Source: an uncultured Spirochaetota bacterium
GTDB taxonomy: Bacteria > Spirochaetota > Brevinematia > Brevinematales > JAOACQ01
DNA length: 64,000 bases
Direction of reading: 5' to 3'
Assembly: GCA_963835575.1 (NCBI GenBank)
Contig: CAWIGG010000002.1
Location: forward strand, 1,088,001 to 1,152,000
A model generated the notes under the pieces. The model made no database searches and was not told where the DNA came from. It was given only the letters and a program-made list of their open reading frames with translations. Of this stretch, positions 1 to 9,976 are shown piece by piece. A program made the translations under genes and the position numbers. Numbering within the stretch: the first letter of the stretch is position 1; each line of letters opens with the position of its first letter.

Positions 1-28
1 CTTTGCACTCTCCGCGTCTTTGCGTGAA
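1..28. repeat. Right arm of a REP/MITE-like palindromic element (CACGCAAAGACGC family)
   Basis: Reverse complement ttcacgcaaagacgcggagagtgcaaag shares its first 15 nt and final gcaaag with the left arm at 15077-15104. Confidence 0.6.
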
Positions 29-106
29 TTCATTTCAAAGCAGATTAATAGTAATGGATTTATTTTTTGATTTTTTTCACATTCATTCTTACAATTTTGC
101 ATTATT

Positions 107-868
107 ATGAAATTATGTATTTTATCCAGCGGAAGTAAACAAAACTGTTTTTATATCGAATCATCGCAAGGGGCGGTATTGGTCGATATCGGTTTTTCTT
201 TTCATGCCCTTCTTAAATTTCTGTCGCATCTGGGAAAAGATATCTCTCATATCAGCGCTCTTTTTATTACTCATGAGCATGAAGACCATATCAGGGGATT
301 GAAATCTTTTGTTAAACAAACGGACATACCAATTTACATCAGCGAAAAGAGCAGGCATTTCCTGGAATTTCATATTGAAAATTATCAGGAACTTCTTTCC
401 CAAAAAGCCATTGCTCTGAATAATATGGAAATAACCCCGTTCAGCGTCAGCCATGACGCGGCCAATACATTCGGTTTTATCATCCGGGAAAATAACACTT
501 CTCTTTTTCTGGCCAGCGATATCGGCTCTTTTGATGAAACAACCGTCGGGTTGGCCAGGGATTGCGAGGCCATTGCCATAGAATCCAATCATGATCTGGA
601 TATGCTGAGCCGTTCTTTTTATCCGGACCACTTAAAAAAGAGGATTTTAAGCGATTACGGCCATCTTTCCAATGAGGACGCTGTTGATTTTATAGAAAAG
701 TCGGTTTCCGGCAGGACAAGGAATGTATTTTTTCTGCATCTCAGCGAAAACAATAATTCCCGGGACATTGTCAGCGGTCTGATAAGCCGGAGGCTCACTT
801 CAAAATATCCTTATGTACAATTTCATATTTCCAACCGCGACAAACCATCCGATTTAATTGAATTATAG
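107..868 (+). CDS. MBL-fold metallo-hydrolase, YycJ/WalJ-like
   Basis: SSGSxxN N-terminus, THEHEDH metal motif, VSHDA, ESNHD, GHLSN, HLSENNN. Confidence 0.85.
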   Translation: MKLCILSSGSKQNCFYIESSQGAVLVDIGFSFHALLKFLSHLGKDISHISALFITHEHEDHIRGLKSFVKQTDIPIYISEKSRHFLEFHIENYQELLSQKAIALNNMEITPFSVSHDAANTFGFIIRENNTSLFLASDIGSFDETTVGLARDCEAIAIESNHDLDMLSRSFYPDHLKKRILSDYGHLSNEDAVDFIEKSVSGRTRNVFFLHLSENNNSRDIVSGLISRRLTSKYPYVQFHISNRDKPSDLIEL

Positions 869-936
869 GCAATGAAATATAAAGAGAAAATTACTTTATT
901 CCGATATTGTAAAATAAGGTGAAATTGGGAGTATTT

Positions 937-1857
937 ATGAAAGTTATAAAATATTTCATTTTTTTAATTTTATTTTCTTTCTTTAACAGAATGTCCGGAG
1001 AAATGCAGGTAGCCCTTCAGTTTTACAAGGAAACATACCGGCTGAACGAACCGATAAACGTCCTGATCAATGTGGCCAATAACTCAAGCGCCCCGGTGTC
1101 ATTCTCGGTTTCTCCGCTGATCTATGAATCTTTTTTCTTCTCTTTAAAAACGCCTAAAAATGAAGATGTGCCTTTACTGGATACATTTCAAGTTGAAATG
1201 AAAAACAACGCCTCATCCAGCGGCGACTTCCGGCAGATCACCCTGATGCCGCAGGAGGAGTTTTCCAGGCTGATTGATATTACGAAATGGTTTGATATCA
1301 GGGAATCGGGATATTACTATATAAAAGGTATTTTCTACCCGAATCCGGACATCAAAAGCCAGTCATCCGAGTCTTTTAATTATAAAATTTACATCAAACC
1401 GCCTTTACTGATGGAAAACCAGCTGTCCGAGCAGCAGCAGGAGAGGCAGGCTGAGTTTGAAAAGGTAAAAATGCTGCCTCCGTATGATGTCATTGACGAT
1501 TTACTGGACGCTAAAATGAAAAAGGACTGGGAGCGGTTTTTACTCCATATCGATGCGTCGCGGTTGATCAAGTCTTTTGACGATTATTATAAATCCTATG
1601 AAAACGCGAGGAGCGGGACATATCAGCTGCAGATCATTGAGGATTTTAAGAATTATCTGACCGTTTACTGGCAGGACCGCATTTTAAGCTATAAAATTTT
1701 AGAAAGCCATATAAAGGAAAATGATTCAACTGTGATAGCGGAAGTGGATTATAAGGTCAGATTAGTTACCTATACTCTCCGTTATACATTCAGCCTTTAT
1801 AAGAATCATCTCAATCAGTGGCTGGTTTATGACTATTCAGCTTTAAAAGTGAAATAG
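937..1857 (+). CDS. Hypothetical exported protein
   Basis: Long ORF with signal-peptide-like N-terminus; ATG at 937 preceded by GGGAG. Confidence 0.6.
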   Translation: MKVIKYFIFLILFSFFNRMSGEMQVALQFYKETYRLNEPINVLINVANNSSAPVSFSVSPLIYESFFFSLKTPKNEDVPLLDTFQVEMKNNASSSGDFRQITLMPQEEFSRLIDITKWFDIRESGYYYIKGIFYPNPDIKSQSSESFNYKIYIKPPLLMENQLSEQQQERQAEFEKVKMLPPYDVIDDLLDAKMKKDWERFLLHIDASRLIKSFDDYYKSYENARSGTYQLQIIEDFKNYLTVYWQDRILSYKILESHIKENDSTVIAEVDYKVRLVTYTLRYTFSLYKNHLNQWLVYDYSALKVK

Positions 1858-1870
1858 CAAGAGGCAATGG

Positions 1871-3088
1871 ATGACTTTTTATCCATTATTCGGCAATAAA
1901 AATGATCTGAATGACGAATTGCGTAAAATCGGCTGTGATGAAAAGGCTATATCCATTCTCAATAAAAAATTCGACATATTTCCCATCAAAATCATCGGAA
2001 TGAAGCCCGCTCTTGCCAATATTATCAAACAGGAAATGATCTCATGTAAAGGCGACGCTGTAGTTCATGCAAAATCAATCTCATGCGCGATTGATAAAAC
2101 TGACGTTTTGCTTCTTGGGACTGATTCCATCTATCAGAATTTCTTTAAAAAAATGGAATATCAAAACAGTCCTTATTTAATTGATATGGCTAAACAGCTT
2201 AAAAAGATGATAGAATATTTTCACAGCAGAATACCTTCGCAAAGTATCAAAGAAAAGAAAAAGATAGATTACTCGAAACCCGTGATCATGGGCATTCTGA
2301 ATATCACAAAGGATTCATTTTATGACGGCGGAAAATATCTGGAGATTGATAAGGCTTTAAACAGATGCGAGGAGATGATTACGGAAGGCGCGGATATTAT
2401 AGATATCGGCGCAGAATCGTCAAGACCGGGCGCGGAACCTGTGACCGCGGAAGAAGAGCTGGAAAAAATAGCGCCTTTAGTGGAAAAAATATCAAAAAAT
2501 ATGTATACTATTATTTCTGTTGATACAACTAAATCACAGGTGGCGGATGAGGCACTCAAAGCAGGAGCTGACATAATCAATGACATCAGCGGTCTCCGCT
2601 TTGATGAAAAAATGGCCGGCATAATACAAAAACACCAGGCTTTGGTTGTCATTATGCATATGAAAGGAACTCCGAAGGATATGCAGAAAGAGCCATTTTA
2701 TGAAGATGTGGTACGGGAACTGGTGGAATATTTTGATGAAAGAATTGATTTCGCGTTAAACAGCGGTATTATAAGGAATAATATTATCATTGACCCGGGC
2801 ATCGGCTTCGGTAAAAGGCTGGAAGACAATAAGGCTATCATTAAAAATTTATCCTCTTTTAGAAAATACGGTCTGCCGATTTTAATAGGCGCCTCCAGGA
2901 AATCGATGATTGGAATGCTTCTTGATGGTATCAAAGATAAAGAACAAAAGACCGCGGCGCCTGAAAAAAGGCTTTACGGAACGCTCGGGATCCATGCCGC
3001 GTCTTATCTTCAGGGAGCGGATATCTTCAGAGTGCATGATGTAAAGGAACATTATGAGATGCTGAATGTTATTCATTCAATAAAGTAA
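1871..3088 (+). CDS. folP: Dihydropteroate synthase with N-terminal extension
   Basis: IMGILNITKDSFYDGG, DIGAESSRPG, IDPGIGFGK, GASRKS, RVHDV motifs. Confidence 0.95.
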   Translation: MTFYPLFGNKNDLNDELRKIGCDEKAISILNKKFDIFPIKIIGMKPALANIIKQEMISCKGDAVVHAKSISCAIDKTDVLLLGTDSIYQNFFKKMEYQNSPYLIDMAKQLKKMIEYFHSRIPSQSIKEKKKIDYSKPVIMGILNITKDSFYDGGKYLEIDKALNRCEEMITEGADIIDIGAESSRPGAEPVTAEEELEKIAPLVEKISKNMYTIISVDTTKSQVADEALKAGADIINDISGLRFDEKMAGIIQKHQALVVIMHMKGTPKDMQKEPFYEDVVRELVEYFDERIDFALNSGIIRNNIIIDPGIGFGKRLEDNKAIIKNLSSFRKYGLPILIGASRKSMIGMLLDGIKDKEQKTAAPEKRLYGTLGIHAASYLQGADIFRVHDVKEHYEMLNVIHSIK

Positions 3089-3126
3089 TTGACGGTTTTG
3101 TACGAAAATTAATAGTGAGGCTTTAG

Positions 3127-4224
3127 ATGACGGATTATAAAAATCTTTTCAGCAGCAAGTTCAAAAATCTGGAAAAAGAGATCAACAGGAGCTTTAATTC
3201 AATTCATAGAATTCAGGAAGTTAAAAAAAGAAAAGAATATTTCTCATTTTTAAAAAATCATTTTTTTAAAAATATTTATGCGCCTGTTTCTTTGTTTATT
3301 ATAGTCTGCGCTATAATTTCATTCTCAATAGCAATGACATTCGCTTCTAAAAAATTTGACCAGCGCGGCGGTTCATACCTCGGAATGGTTAAGATCCAGG
3401 AAGAACTGGATTCCATGGTCAATATTAACGGAGTTGGCGGAAATGAAATTAATAATTATGATACCAATAATTCAGAGCTGAAATTCTTTTTTTATAAGAT
3501 CAAGCAGGGTGAATCCCTGTACACCATTTCAAAAAAACTGGGCGTTTCAATGGATACACTCATCAGCCTTAATAGTATAGATAATGCCAACAGCCTGGGA
3601 AACGGTAAAAGGATCATCGTTCCCAATCTGCAGGGGATAATCTATTGTGTTAAGAAAAACGACAGCCTGGATGCCATCGCTTCCAGGTATAAAGTATCCA
3701 TGGAAGATATTAAAGACGCCAATGATCTCGAAGATGATACCGTCAATGAGGGAATCGTTCTCTTCCTGCCCGGCGCAACTTTAACCGAAGCGGAAAGGGC
3801 TAGAGCTCTGGGTTATCTCTTTAATAAACCGCTTCATGGACGTTTTACTTCGAGTTTCGGTATCAGGAGAGACCCGTTTACAGGCGGTCCGGGTTATCAT
3901 CCCGGAATTGATATTTCTGCTCCTTACGGCACCTCTGTCAGAGCCTCAAAAGAAGGCAGGGTCGTTTTTGCCGGCTGGCAGGGCGGTTATGGTAAATGCA
4001 TCATTATCAAGCATCAATTCGGTTTTGAAACTGTTTACGGCCATCTGTCGCGTATTATAATTAATCAGGACGACTGGATAAAAGTGGGGCAGATTATCGG
4101 CCGTGTCGGTTCAACCGGCCGTTCAACCGGTCCGCATCTGCATTTCGAAGTCAGAAAATTCGGAAGACCGACAAATCCCATCAGATTATCAGGACTTGGA
4201 AAAAGCGGCAGAAGATGGTATTGA
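3127..4224 (+). CDS. LysM-domain M23 family metallopeptidase
   Basis: TM segment, two LysM repeats (YKIKQGESLYTIS, YCVKKNDSLDAIA), HPGIDI and TGPHLHFE M23 motifs. Confidence 0.9.
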   Translation: MTDYKNLFSSKFKNLEKEINRSFNSIHRIQEVKKRKEYFSFLKNHFFKNIYAPVSLFIIVCAIISFSIAMTFASKKFDQRGGSYLGMVKIQEELDSMVNINGVGGNEINNYDTNNSELKFFFYKIKQGESLYTISKKLGVSMDTLISLNSIDNANSLGNGKRIIVPNLQGIIYCVKKNDSLDAIASRYKVSMEDIKDANDLEDDTVNEGIVLFLPGATLTEAERARALGYLFNKPLHGRFTSSFGIRRDPFTGGPGYHPGIDISAPYGTSVRASKEGRVVFAGWQGGYGKCIIIKHQFGFETVYGHLSRIIINQDDWIKVGQIIGRVGSTGRSTGPHLHFEVRKFGRPTNPIRLSGLGKSGRRWY

Positions 4225-4230
4225 TCCGGC

Positions 4231-5184
4231 ATGGATAAAGTCATATCTTTCCTTATCAAACGAAGCGGTTATACTTCAGGGGAAGAAATCGCGAAAAGCC
4301 TGAATCTTTCCCGTACGGCAATCTGGAAGCATATTCAAAACGCCAAAAAAGCCGGCTTTGATATAATCTCCTCGACAAAAAAAGGCTACAAAATCGAAAA
4401 AATCCCTGATCATAAGATTATTCCTGAATTAATTGAGTCTTATTACGGCAAAACAGTGCCTTTTGATGTAATTTATTTGGATACAACTGATTCCACAAAT
4501 AATTACGCCAAAGAATTGATCCAGCAGAAGAAAAGTGAAAATTTTATCGTCATCGCTGAAGAACAGATAAAAGGCAAAGGAAGACAGGACAGGGAATGGG
4601 TCAGCGAAAAAGGCAAAGATCTGACTTTTTCATTTGGCTTAAGAATTGATAAAGCGGTCAGCGAATTCTATAAATTCACCATCATCAGCGGCCTTGCCGT
4701 TTTTTTGAAACTTCAAGCATTATTAGTGGATAATAAAAATTCCTCTCTTATTAATATTAAATGGCCAAATGATATTTATATTAACGATAAAAAAATATGC
4801 GGGATTCTATCAGAAATGATCACAGAAGAGATGCAGATAAAGTATATAGTCATTGGAATAGGCATCAATGTGAACTCAAAAACCTTTCTTTCCCAGGCTG
4901 TATCACTTAAAGATATCCTTATTAAAGAATCGGATAGAAATAAAATCATGTCAGATATTATAAAAAACTTCAATGAACTGTTCCTCAAATATGAAAAAGG
5001 GGAATATCAGGCAATCTTCAATCTCTGGAAAGAAAACCTGGGCTGGATCGGCAGACAGGTCAGTTTTAATACCGGCCGGGATATTATTACAGGTATTCTC
5101 AAGGATATAGATAAAGACGGCGCCGTGATTATCCAATCAGATGATAAAGAACAGGTCTTTTACAGCGGAGATCTAATCATATAA
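4231..5184 (+). CDS. birA: Bifunctional biotin-protein ligase / repressor
   Basis: N-terminal HTH (SGEEIAKSLNLSRTAIWKHI), DSTN, GKGR, KWPND, KICGIL, GIGINVN. Confidence 0.95.
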   Translation: MDKVISFLIKRSGYTSGEEIAKSLNLSRTAIWKHIQNAKKAGFDIISSTKKGYKIEKIPDHKIIPELIESYYGKTVPFDVIYLDTTDSTNNYAKELIQQKKSENFIVIAEEQIKGKGRQDREWVSEKGKDLTFSFGLRIDKAVSEFYKFTIISGLAVFLKLQALLVDNKNSSLINIKWPNDIYINDKKICGILSEMITEEMQIKYIVIGIGINVNSKTFLSQAVSLKDILIKESDRNKIMSDIIKNFNELFLKYEKGEYQAIFNLWKENLGWIGRQVSFNTGRDIITGILKDIDKDGAVIIQSDDKEQVFYSGDLII

Positions 5185-5198
5185 CACATTTCTATATT

Positions 5199-5348
5199 AA
5201 GGACATTTCTAAAAACCAACAGAATATTAGAGAATTAAGAACATCTTATTCTCTAAGTATAATATTTTAGACGTTTCCATCCCTCACTATTTTTTGTCAA
5301 GCTGTACAAGTGAAGCTAACAAAATGGTGAAGGATTGGAAACGCCCTT
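5199..5348. repeat. Intergenic double-hairpin, REP/MITE-like element
   Basis: ttagagaattaaga/tcttattctctaa hairpin followed by a long imperfect inverted repeat cgtttcca-tcc-tcactatttt...aaaatggtga-gga-tggaaacg. Confidence 0.45.
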
Positions 5349-5425
5349 GATATAATATTATTAAAGTGATATAATTTATAAAATAATCATCGATATTTAT
5401 TGTCTTATCAAAGGGGGAAGTATAT

Positions 5426-6409
5426 ATGGCTATTCTAGTTGCCGGCGGTGCGGGTTATATCGGAAGCCATGTCTGCAAACTTCTTACAAAAAGAGGTTTT
5501 GATGTCATTGTCTATGACAATTTGGTCCATGGATACCGCGAATTCGCGAAATGGGGCGAGTTTATACTGGGCAGTACAGGCGACGCGGGCCAGCTTGATA
5601 TTCTTTTCTCCCATTACAAGATAGACGCTGTAATGCATTTCTGCGCTTTTATTGAGGTCGGCGAATCGGTAGTCGATCCTGAAAAATATTATGTCAATAA
5701 TCTTAAATACACAATCAACCTTCTTGAAGCGATGAATAAATATAAAGTAAATAAACTCATCTTTTCATCAACCGCCGCCGTTTACGGAATGCCGGAGAAA
5801 ATCCCGATCGAGGAAGACGATTTAAAAATCCCTATCAATCCATACGGCCGGACTAAATGGATGATAGAGCAGATTATTGAGGATTATTCCGCCGCTTACG
5901 GCCTTCAATGCATCCGTTTCCGTTATTTTAATGCCGCCGGCGCTGACCCTGATAAAGAGATAGGAGAAGCCCATATTCCGGAATCGCATCTTATACCACT
6001 GGTTCTGGACGCCGCGGCGGGCAAGCGAGACAGCATTAAAATATTCGGGACAGATTATGAAACAAAGGACGGCACATGCATCCGGGACTATGTGCATGTC
6101 AACGATCTGGCCGACGCGCATATCAAAGGCGTCCAGTACCTTCTGGACGGCGGCAAAACAAATTATTTCAACCTGGGCGTCGGCGACGGCTTTTCCGTGA
6201 GGGAAGTCATAGATACGGTTAAAAAAGTGACAAAAAAGGATTTTAAGGTCGTAGAAACGGAACGCCGGCCGGGCGACCCGGCTTATCTCATCGCTAAAAG
6301 TGATAAAGCCAAAAAGATCCTTGACTGGAAGGTTGAATATAACCTGGAGGACATGGTCAGAACCGCCTGGAATTGGCATCTTATCAGAATAAATAAAGTA
6401 TTTAAATAG
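5426..6409 (+). CDS. galE: UDP-glucose 4-epimerase
   Basis: GGAGYIGSH, FSSTAAVYG, YGRTK, RYFNAAGA, DGTCIRDYVHV. Confidence 0.95.
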   Translation: MAILVAGGAGYIGSHVCKLLTKRGFDVIVYDNLVHGYREFAKWGEFILGSTGDAGQLDILFSHYKIDAVMHFCAFIEVGESVVDPEKYYVNNLKYTINLLEAMNKYKVNKLIFSSTAAVYGMPEKIPIEEDDLKIPINPYGRTKWMIEQIIEDYSAAYGLQCIRFRYFNAAGADPDKEIGEAHIPESHLIPLVLDAAAGKRDSIKIFGTDYETKDGTCIRDYVHVNDLADAHIKGVQYLLDGGKTNYFNLGVGDGFSVREVIDTVKKVTKKDFKVVETERRPGDPAYLIAKSDKAKKILDWKVEYNLEDMVRTAWNWHLIRINKVFK

Positions 6410-6417
6410 GGGAAAGA

Positions 6418-6894
6418 ATGGATTTTAATCCTGTTGAAGTATTTAAAATAGCTCAAAAATTAGAGGAAAACGGCATCGCTTTTTATAAAAAAGCAGCAGA
6501 TTTTACTAAAGACCTTATAATCCATGATTTGTTTATTGAACTGGCCGGCATGGAGGAAAAGCATCATATCTTCTTTTCCAAAATGGAAAAGAAGATAAAG
6601 GAATGCGGTTATAACGATTCAGAAGACATCAAGGCCTATCTGGACAAAAATTTCAGCCCTGGTATTTTCAATGTGAATGACTCGGAAAAAATAGGCTCAG
6701 AATTGAAGACTATGCTTGATATATTTCAGTATGCTCTGAAAAAAGAGAATTTATCCGTTGAATTTTATACCATGATACTGAAAAGTATATCAAATAAAGA
6801 AACGGAAAAAGCACTTCATTATATTATTGAAGAAGAAAAAGGACATGCCGGTATTATTTCGGAATATATTGAAAAACTAACGCATAAAGTTTAA
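6418..6894 (+). CDS. Ferritin-like / rubrerythrin family protein
   Basis: Repeated E..G..FY and EEKH/EEKGH di-iron motifs. Confidence 0.8.
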   Translation: MDFNPVEVFKIAQKLEENGIAFYKKAADFTKDLIIHDLFIELAGMEEKHHIFFSKMEKKIKECGYNDSEDIKAYLDKNFSPGIFNVNDSEKIGSELKTMLDIFQYALKKENLSVEFYTMILKSISNKETEKALHYIIEEEKGHAGIISEYIEKLTHKV

Positions 6895-6907
6895 TAAAGA
6901 GGAAAAA

Positions 6908-8023
6908 ATGAAAATATTAAACGTTAAATTAAAAAAAGTGAAAGATGATTCTTATTCCATTTTTCTGGGCAGCAGGATTTTTCAGGATGTGCTTGTTAAA
7001 GAAATAAAAAAAATAAAGCCTTCACAGGTTGCTTTTATCACCGATTCACATCTCCATTCAATTTACCAGGAAGGCCTCAAGTCGCTGCCGCTGGATTGCC
7101 CTGTTTCAATATTCTCGTTTCCAGCCGGTGAAAAACAAAAAAATTTGAGCACCATCCTGGAGCTGTCCACAAGCCTTGTTCAGGCCAATTTTGACAGAAA
7201 GTCGCTCATAATCGCTTTCGGAGGCGGCGTAGCCGGAGACGTGGGCGGCTTTTTAGCCTCCATATTTTTAAGGGGCGTGCCGTTTATCCAGGTACCGACG
7301 AGCCTTCTCGCTATGGTTGACAGTTCCATCGGAGGAAAAACAGGGGTGGATACGCCTGATGGAAAGAACCTTATGGGCAGTTTTTATCAGCCCCGGACAG
7401 TCATTATCGATATGGATTTTCTCAGCACGCTTCCCAGGATCGAGTTTCAGAACGGTATGGGGGAAATCATAAAACATGCCCTGGTCCAGGATCCTCTTTA
7501 TTTTGAATTTATCAGGGACAACAGGGAGAAGATTTTAGCCCTGGACGGTGAAACAATTCTGCAGATGATGGAAATGAGCTGTATGATTAAAACATCCGTT
7601 GTCGAAAAGGATGAGAAGGAGAGAGGCCTGAGGCAGATCCTTAATTTCGGTCATACGATGGCTCATGCAATAGAAAACGCCAGTAATTATTCCGTTCCTC
7701 ATGGTTTTGCCGTTGTCCTGGGCATGATCATAGAGGCGCATATTTCTTTCCGCAGGGAATTATTGTCTGAAAATGAGCTCAAACAGATAGTGGAGTTGAT
7801 TTCACATTATGAGCTGACGCAGTATAAAAACCAGCTTAAAAAACTGTCCCCTCAAGCCCTTATCGATTCGGCTAAAAAGGACAAAAAAAACATTAAGGGA
7901 GCCATTAAAGCTGTTCTGCTTGAAAAGATAGGTAAAACTTACAGCCAGGGGAACAGTTTTTCCTGGCAGGTACAGGAAGAAGAAATTGAGGCAGGGCTGG
8001 TTTACTTATTGAATGCCTTATAA
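6908..8023 (+). CDS. aroB: 3-dehydroquinate synthase
   Basis: GGGVAGD, PTSLLAMVDSSIGGKTGV, LNFGHTMAHAIE, HGFAV. Confidence 0.95.
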   Translation: MKILNVKLKKVKDDSYSIFLGSRIFQDVLVKEIKKIKPSQVAFITDSHLHSIYQEGLKSLPLDCPVSIFSFPAGEKQKNLSTILELSTSLVQANFDRKSLIIAFGGGVAGDVGGFLASIFLRGVPFIQVPTSLLAMVDSSIGGKTGVDTPDGKNLMGSFYQPRTVIIDMDFLSTLPRIEFQNGMGEIIKHALVQDPLYFEFIRDNREKILALDGETILQMMEMSCMIKTSVVEKDEKERGLRQILNFGHTMAHAIENASNYSVPHGFAVVLGMIIEAHISFRRELLSENELKQIVELISHYELTQYKNQLKKLSPQALIDSAKKDKKNIKGAIKAVLLEKIGKTYSQGNSFSWQVQEEEIEAGLVYLLNAL

Positions 8024-8034
8024 ATTCATTCTTA

Positions 8035-8367
8035 TTATTGATGCCTGTATTTAACGACATTCACTTTCTCTAAAGTCATAAATCCGTCTTCCACGACTTC
8101 ATCTAAAAAAAACATTATTTTCTTAATATTCTCTTCCCTATCGATGATTTCTACAATGATCGGCATATTGATTGATAAGTCCAGAAGCTTTGAAGAATGA
8201 AGATGCGAATCGGCGCCGAACCCCATAATACCCCTTGTTACAGTCGCGCCTGCCAATTTTAATTCTTTTGCCTTGAGAACTATTTCTTCATAAAGAGGTT
8301 TGTTTTTTAAATGTGCGGATTCGCTGATAAAGATTCTCAGTAATATATCTTCTTCGTTAAATTTCAT
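8035..8367 (-). CDS. DUF190 (PII-like) protein
   Basis: LRIFISES, AGATVTRGIMGFG, PIIVEIID; usual partner of crcB. Confidence 0.9.
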   Translation of the reverse strand: MKFNEEDILLRIFISESAHLKNKPLYEEIVLKAKELKLAGATVTRGIMGFGADSHLHSSKLLDLSINMPIIVEIIDREENIKKIMFFLDEVVEDGFMTLEKVNVVKYRHQ

Positions 8368-8376
8368 GAAACCTCC

Positions 8377-8751
8377 TCATTGAATGTTTTTAATAAGCAT
8401 TTTTGAAAGAATAATACCTGAATAGACAAGGAAGATACCCAATAGATTGCTTAATAATAGATTCCACACAGCATAATTAATTTCTTTGTCCATGATCAAA
8501 TTCACCGTTTCAAGCCCGAAAGATGAAAACGTCGTAAAACCTCCCAGGAAGCCGATAAAAGTAAACAATCTCAAATGCGGTGATATGATAATCCTGTCGT
8601 AGAGCAGGCCGATTATAAAACAGCCGGTCAGATTGACAGCCAGAGTCCCTAAAGGAAAGCTGAAATTGAATAATTGATGAATTGTTTTGGAAAGAAAATA
8701 ACGCGATACGGAGCCTATCCCGCCCCCTATAAATATCAAAAGATAATTCAT
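8377..8751 (-). CDS. crcB: Fluoride efflux channel Fluc
   Basis: GGGIGSVSRY, GTLAVN, GFLGGFTTFSSF. Confidence 0.95.
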   Translation of the reverse strand: MNYLLIFIGGGIGSVSRYFLSKTIHQLFNFSFPLGTLAVNLTGCFIIGLLYDRIIISPHLRLFTFIGFLGGFTTFSSFGLETVNLIMDKEINYAVWNLLLSNLLGIFLVYSGIILSKMLIKNIQ

Positions 8752-8754
8752 TGA

Positions 8755-9207
8755 TTAATATTCTTTTGCGTTATTTTTATCGACTGAAGGAATTGAAGCG
8801 AATTCTCCGAATATGTAGGTGATTTCCTTTTTAGCGTTTTCAAGAGAATCGGAACCATGAATGGCGTTTGGAGGCAGGCCGGTCCCGTATTTTGCCCTTA
8901 TTGTATCGGGCAGGGCTTTCGTGGGATCTGTAGCGCCGATCAATTTTCTGAAATCCTCTACGGCGTTTTCCTTTTCCAAAACCATGGCGAATATTTTATC
9001 GGATATGGAAAAATTAATAAGCTTTTCATAATAGATGGTCCCTTTATGCACTTCATAAAATTGGGACGCTGATTTTTCGGTAAATTTCAAGAGCCTTGCA
9101 TGGATAATTTTAAAACCCGCCGCTTCTATCATAGCTATTATATTTCCCATATTTCCTGATATATATGAATCCGGCTTTAACATGGAGAAAGTCCGTTCAA
9201 TGGCCAT
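8755..9207 (-). CDS. ndk: Nucleoside diphosphate kinase
   Basis: ERTFSMLKPD, GATDP, TIRAKYG, NAIHGSDS. Confidence 0.95.
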   Translation of the reverse strand: MAIERTFSMLKPDSYISGNMGNIIAMIEAAGFKIIHARLLKFTEKSASQFYEVHKGTIYYEKLINFSISDKIFAMVLEKENAVEDFRKLIGATDPTKALPDTIRAKYGTGLPPNAIHGSDSLENAKKEITYIFGEFASIPSVDKNNAKEY

Positions 9208-9388
9208 TATTTTCTCCTTATGATTTGTGTTATTTTTTTAATTTTCGGTAGTAATTGAATATTTGTTAGGTTTTTTTTATTTTTTTATGAACCGATAATT
9301 GATATTATCAGCAAAAGGCTATTTTTAATTGAAAAATATGTAATTTGATCATAAAATATACATAATAAGTTAAATAATGAGGTTTTCG

Positions 9389-9976
9389 ATGAAAAAATTC
9401 ATTTTGTTGATAATTTTTAGTTCTATGTTATTTCCTGCCTGTACCCGGGAAGAAAAAACAAACGACGGTATTCAAGAAAACGATATCATTCTGCTCAGTG
9501 AAGGGCAGGTCACTAACTTTATAACTTTTCTTCCTAAAATTCTTGTTTTTTCCGATCAGTATTATTCCAAATTATCACAGGAAGACAAAGAATCCCCGGA
9601 TGCCAACGAAAAATTCTTTAAAGCACTAACTAAAAACGATGAAATGAAGATGATTGTAACGCACTACGGTTTTTCAAATATCAATGAAATGGTCCTTGTT
9701 TATAAAAATGTTGTGCTGGAATACACGACTGTAACTAAAGATTTCACTAATTATAATAAAGATATGGAGAATTTGAAATATACCATTGAGTCATACCGGT
9801 CCAATTATATATCGGGGCTGAAAGATAAAAGCCTGTCTGAAGACGATAAAAAAGTGCTGGAATTCAGGCTGAAAGGCCTTGAAGATGACGATAAACGGTA
9901 TTCAAATATCACATTAATAAAAAAATACGAAAAAATGATCGATGATGCCTATCAGAGTTATTATGGAAAACAATAA
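9389..9976 (+). CDS. Hypothetical lipoprotein
   Basis: MKKFILLIIFSSMLFPAC signal peptide with lipobox-like Cys; GAGG SD upstream. Confidence 0.65.
   Translation: MKKFILLIIFSSMLFPACTREEKTNDGIQENDIILLSEGQVTNFITFLPKILVFSDQYYSKLSQEDKESPDANEKFFKALTKNDEMKMIVTHYGFSNINEMVLVYKNVVLEYTTVTKDFTNYNKDMENLKYTIESYRSNYISGLKDKSLSEDDKKVLEFRLKGLEDDDKRYSNITLIKKYEKMIDDAYQSYYGKQ

Noticed and set aside
8752..9376. Possible fluoride riboswitch upstream of crcB
   Set aside because: crcB follows ndk after 3 bp, and the AT-rich region upstream of ndk lacks the GGCGATG...CGCC aptamer signature
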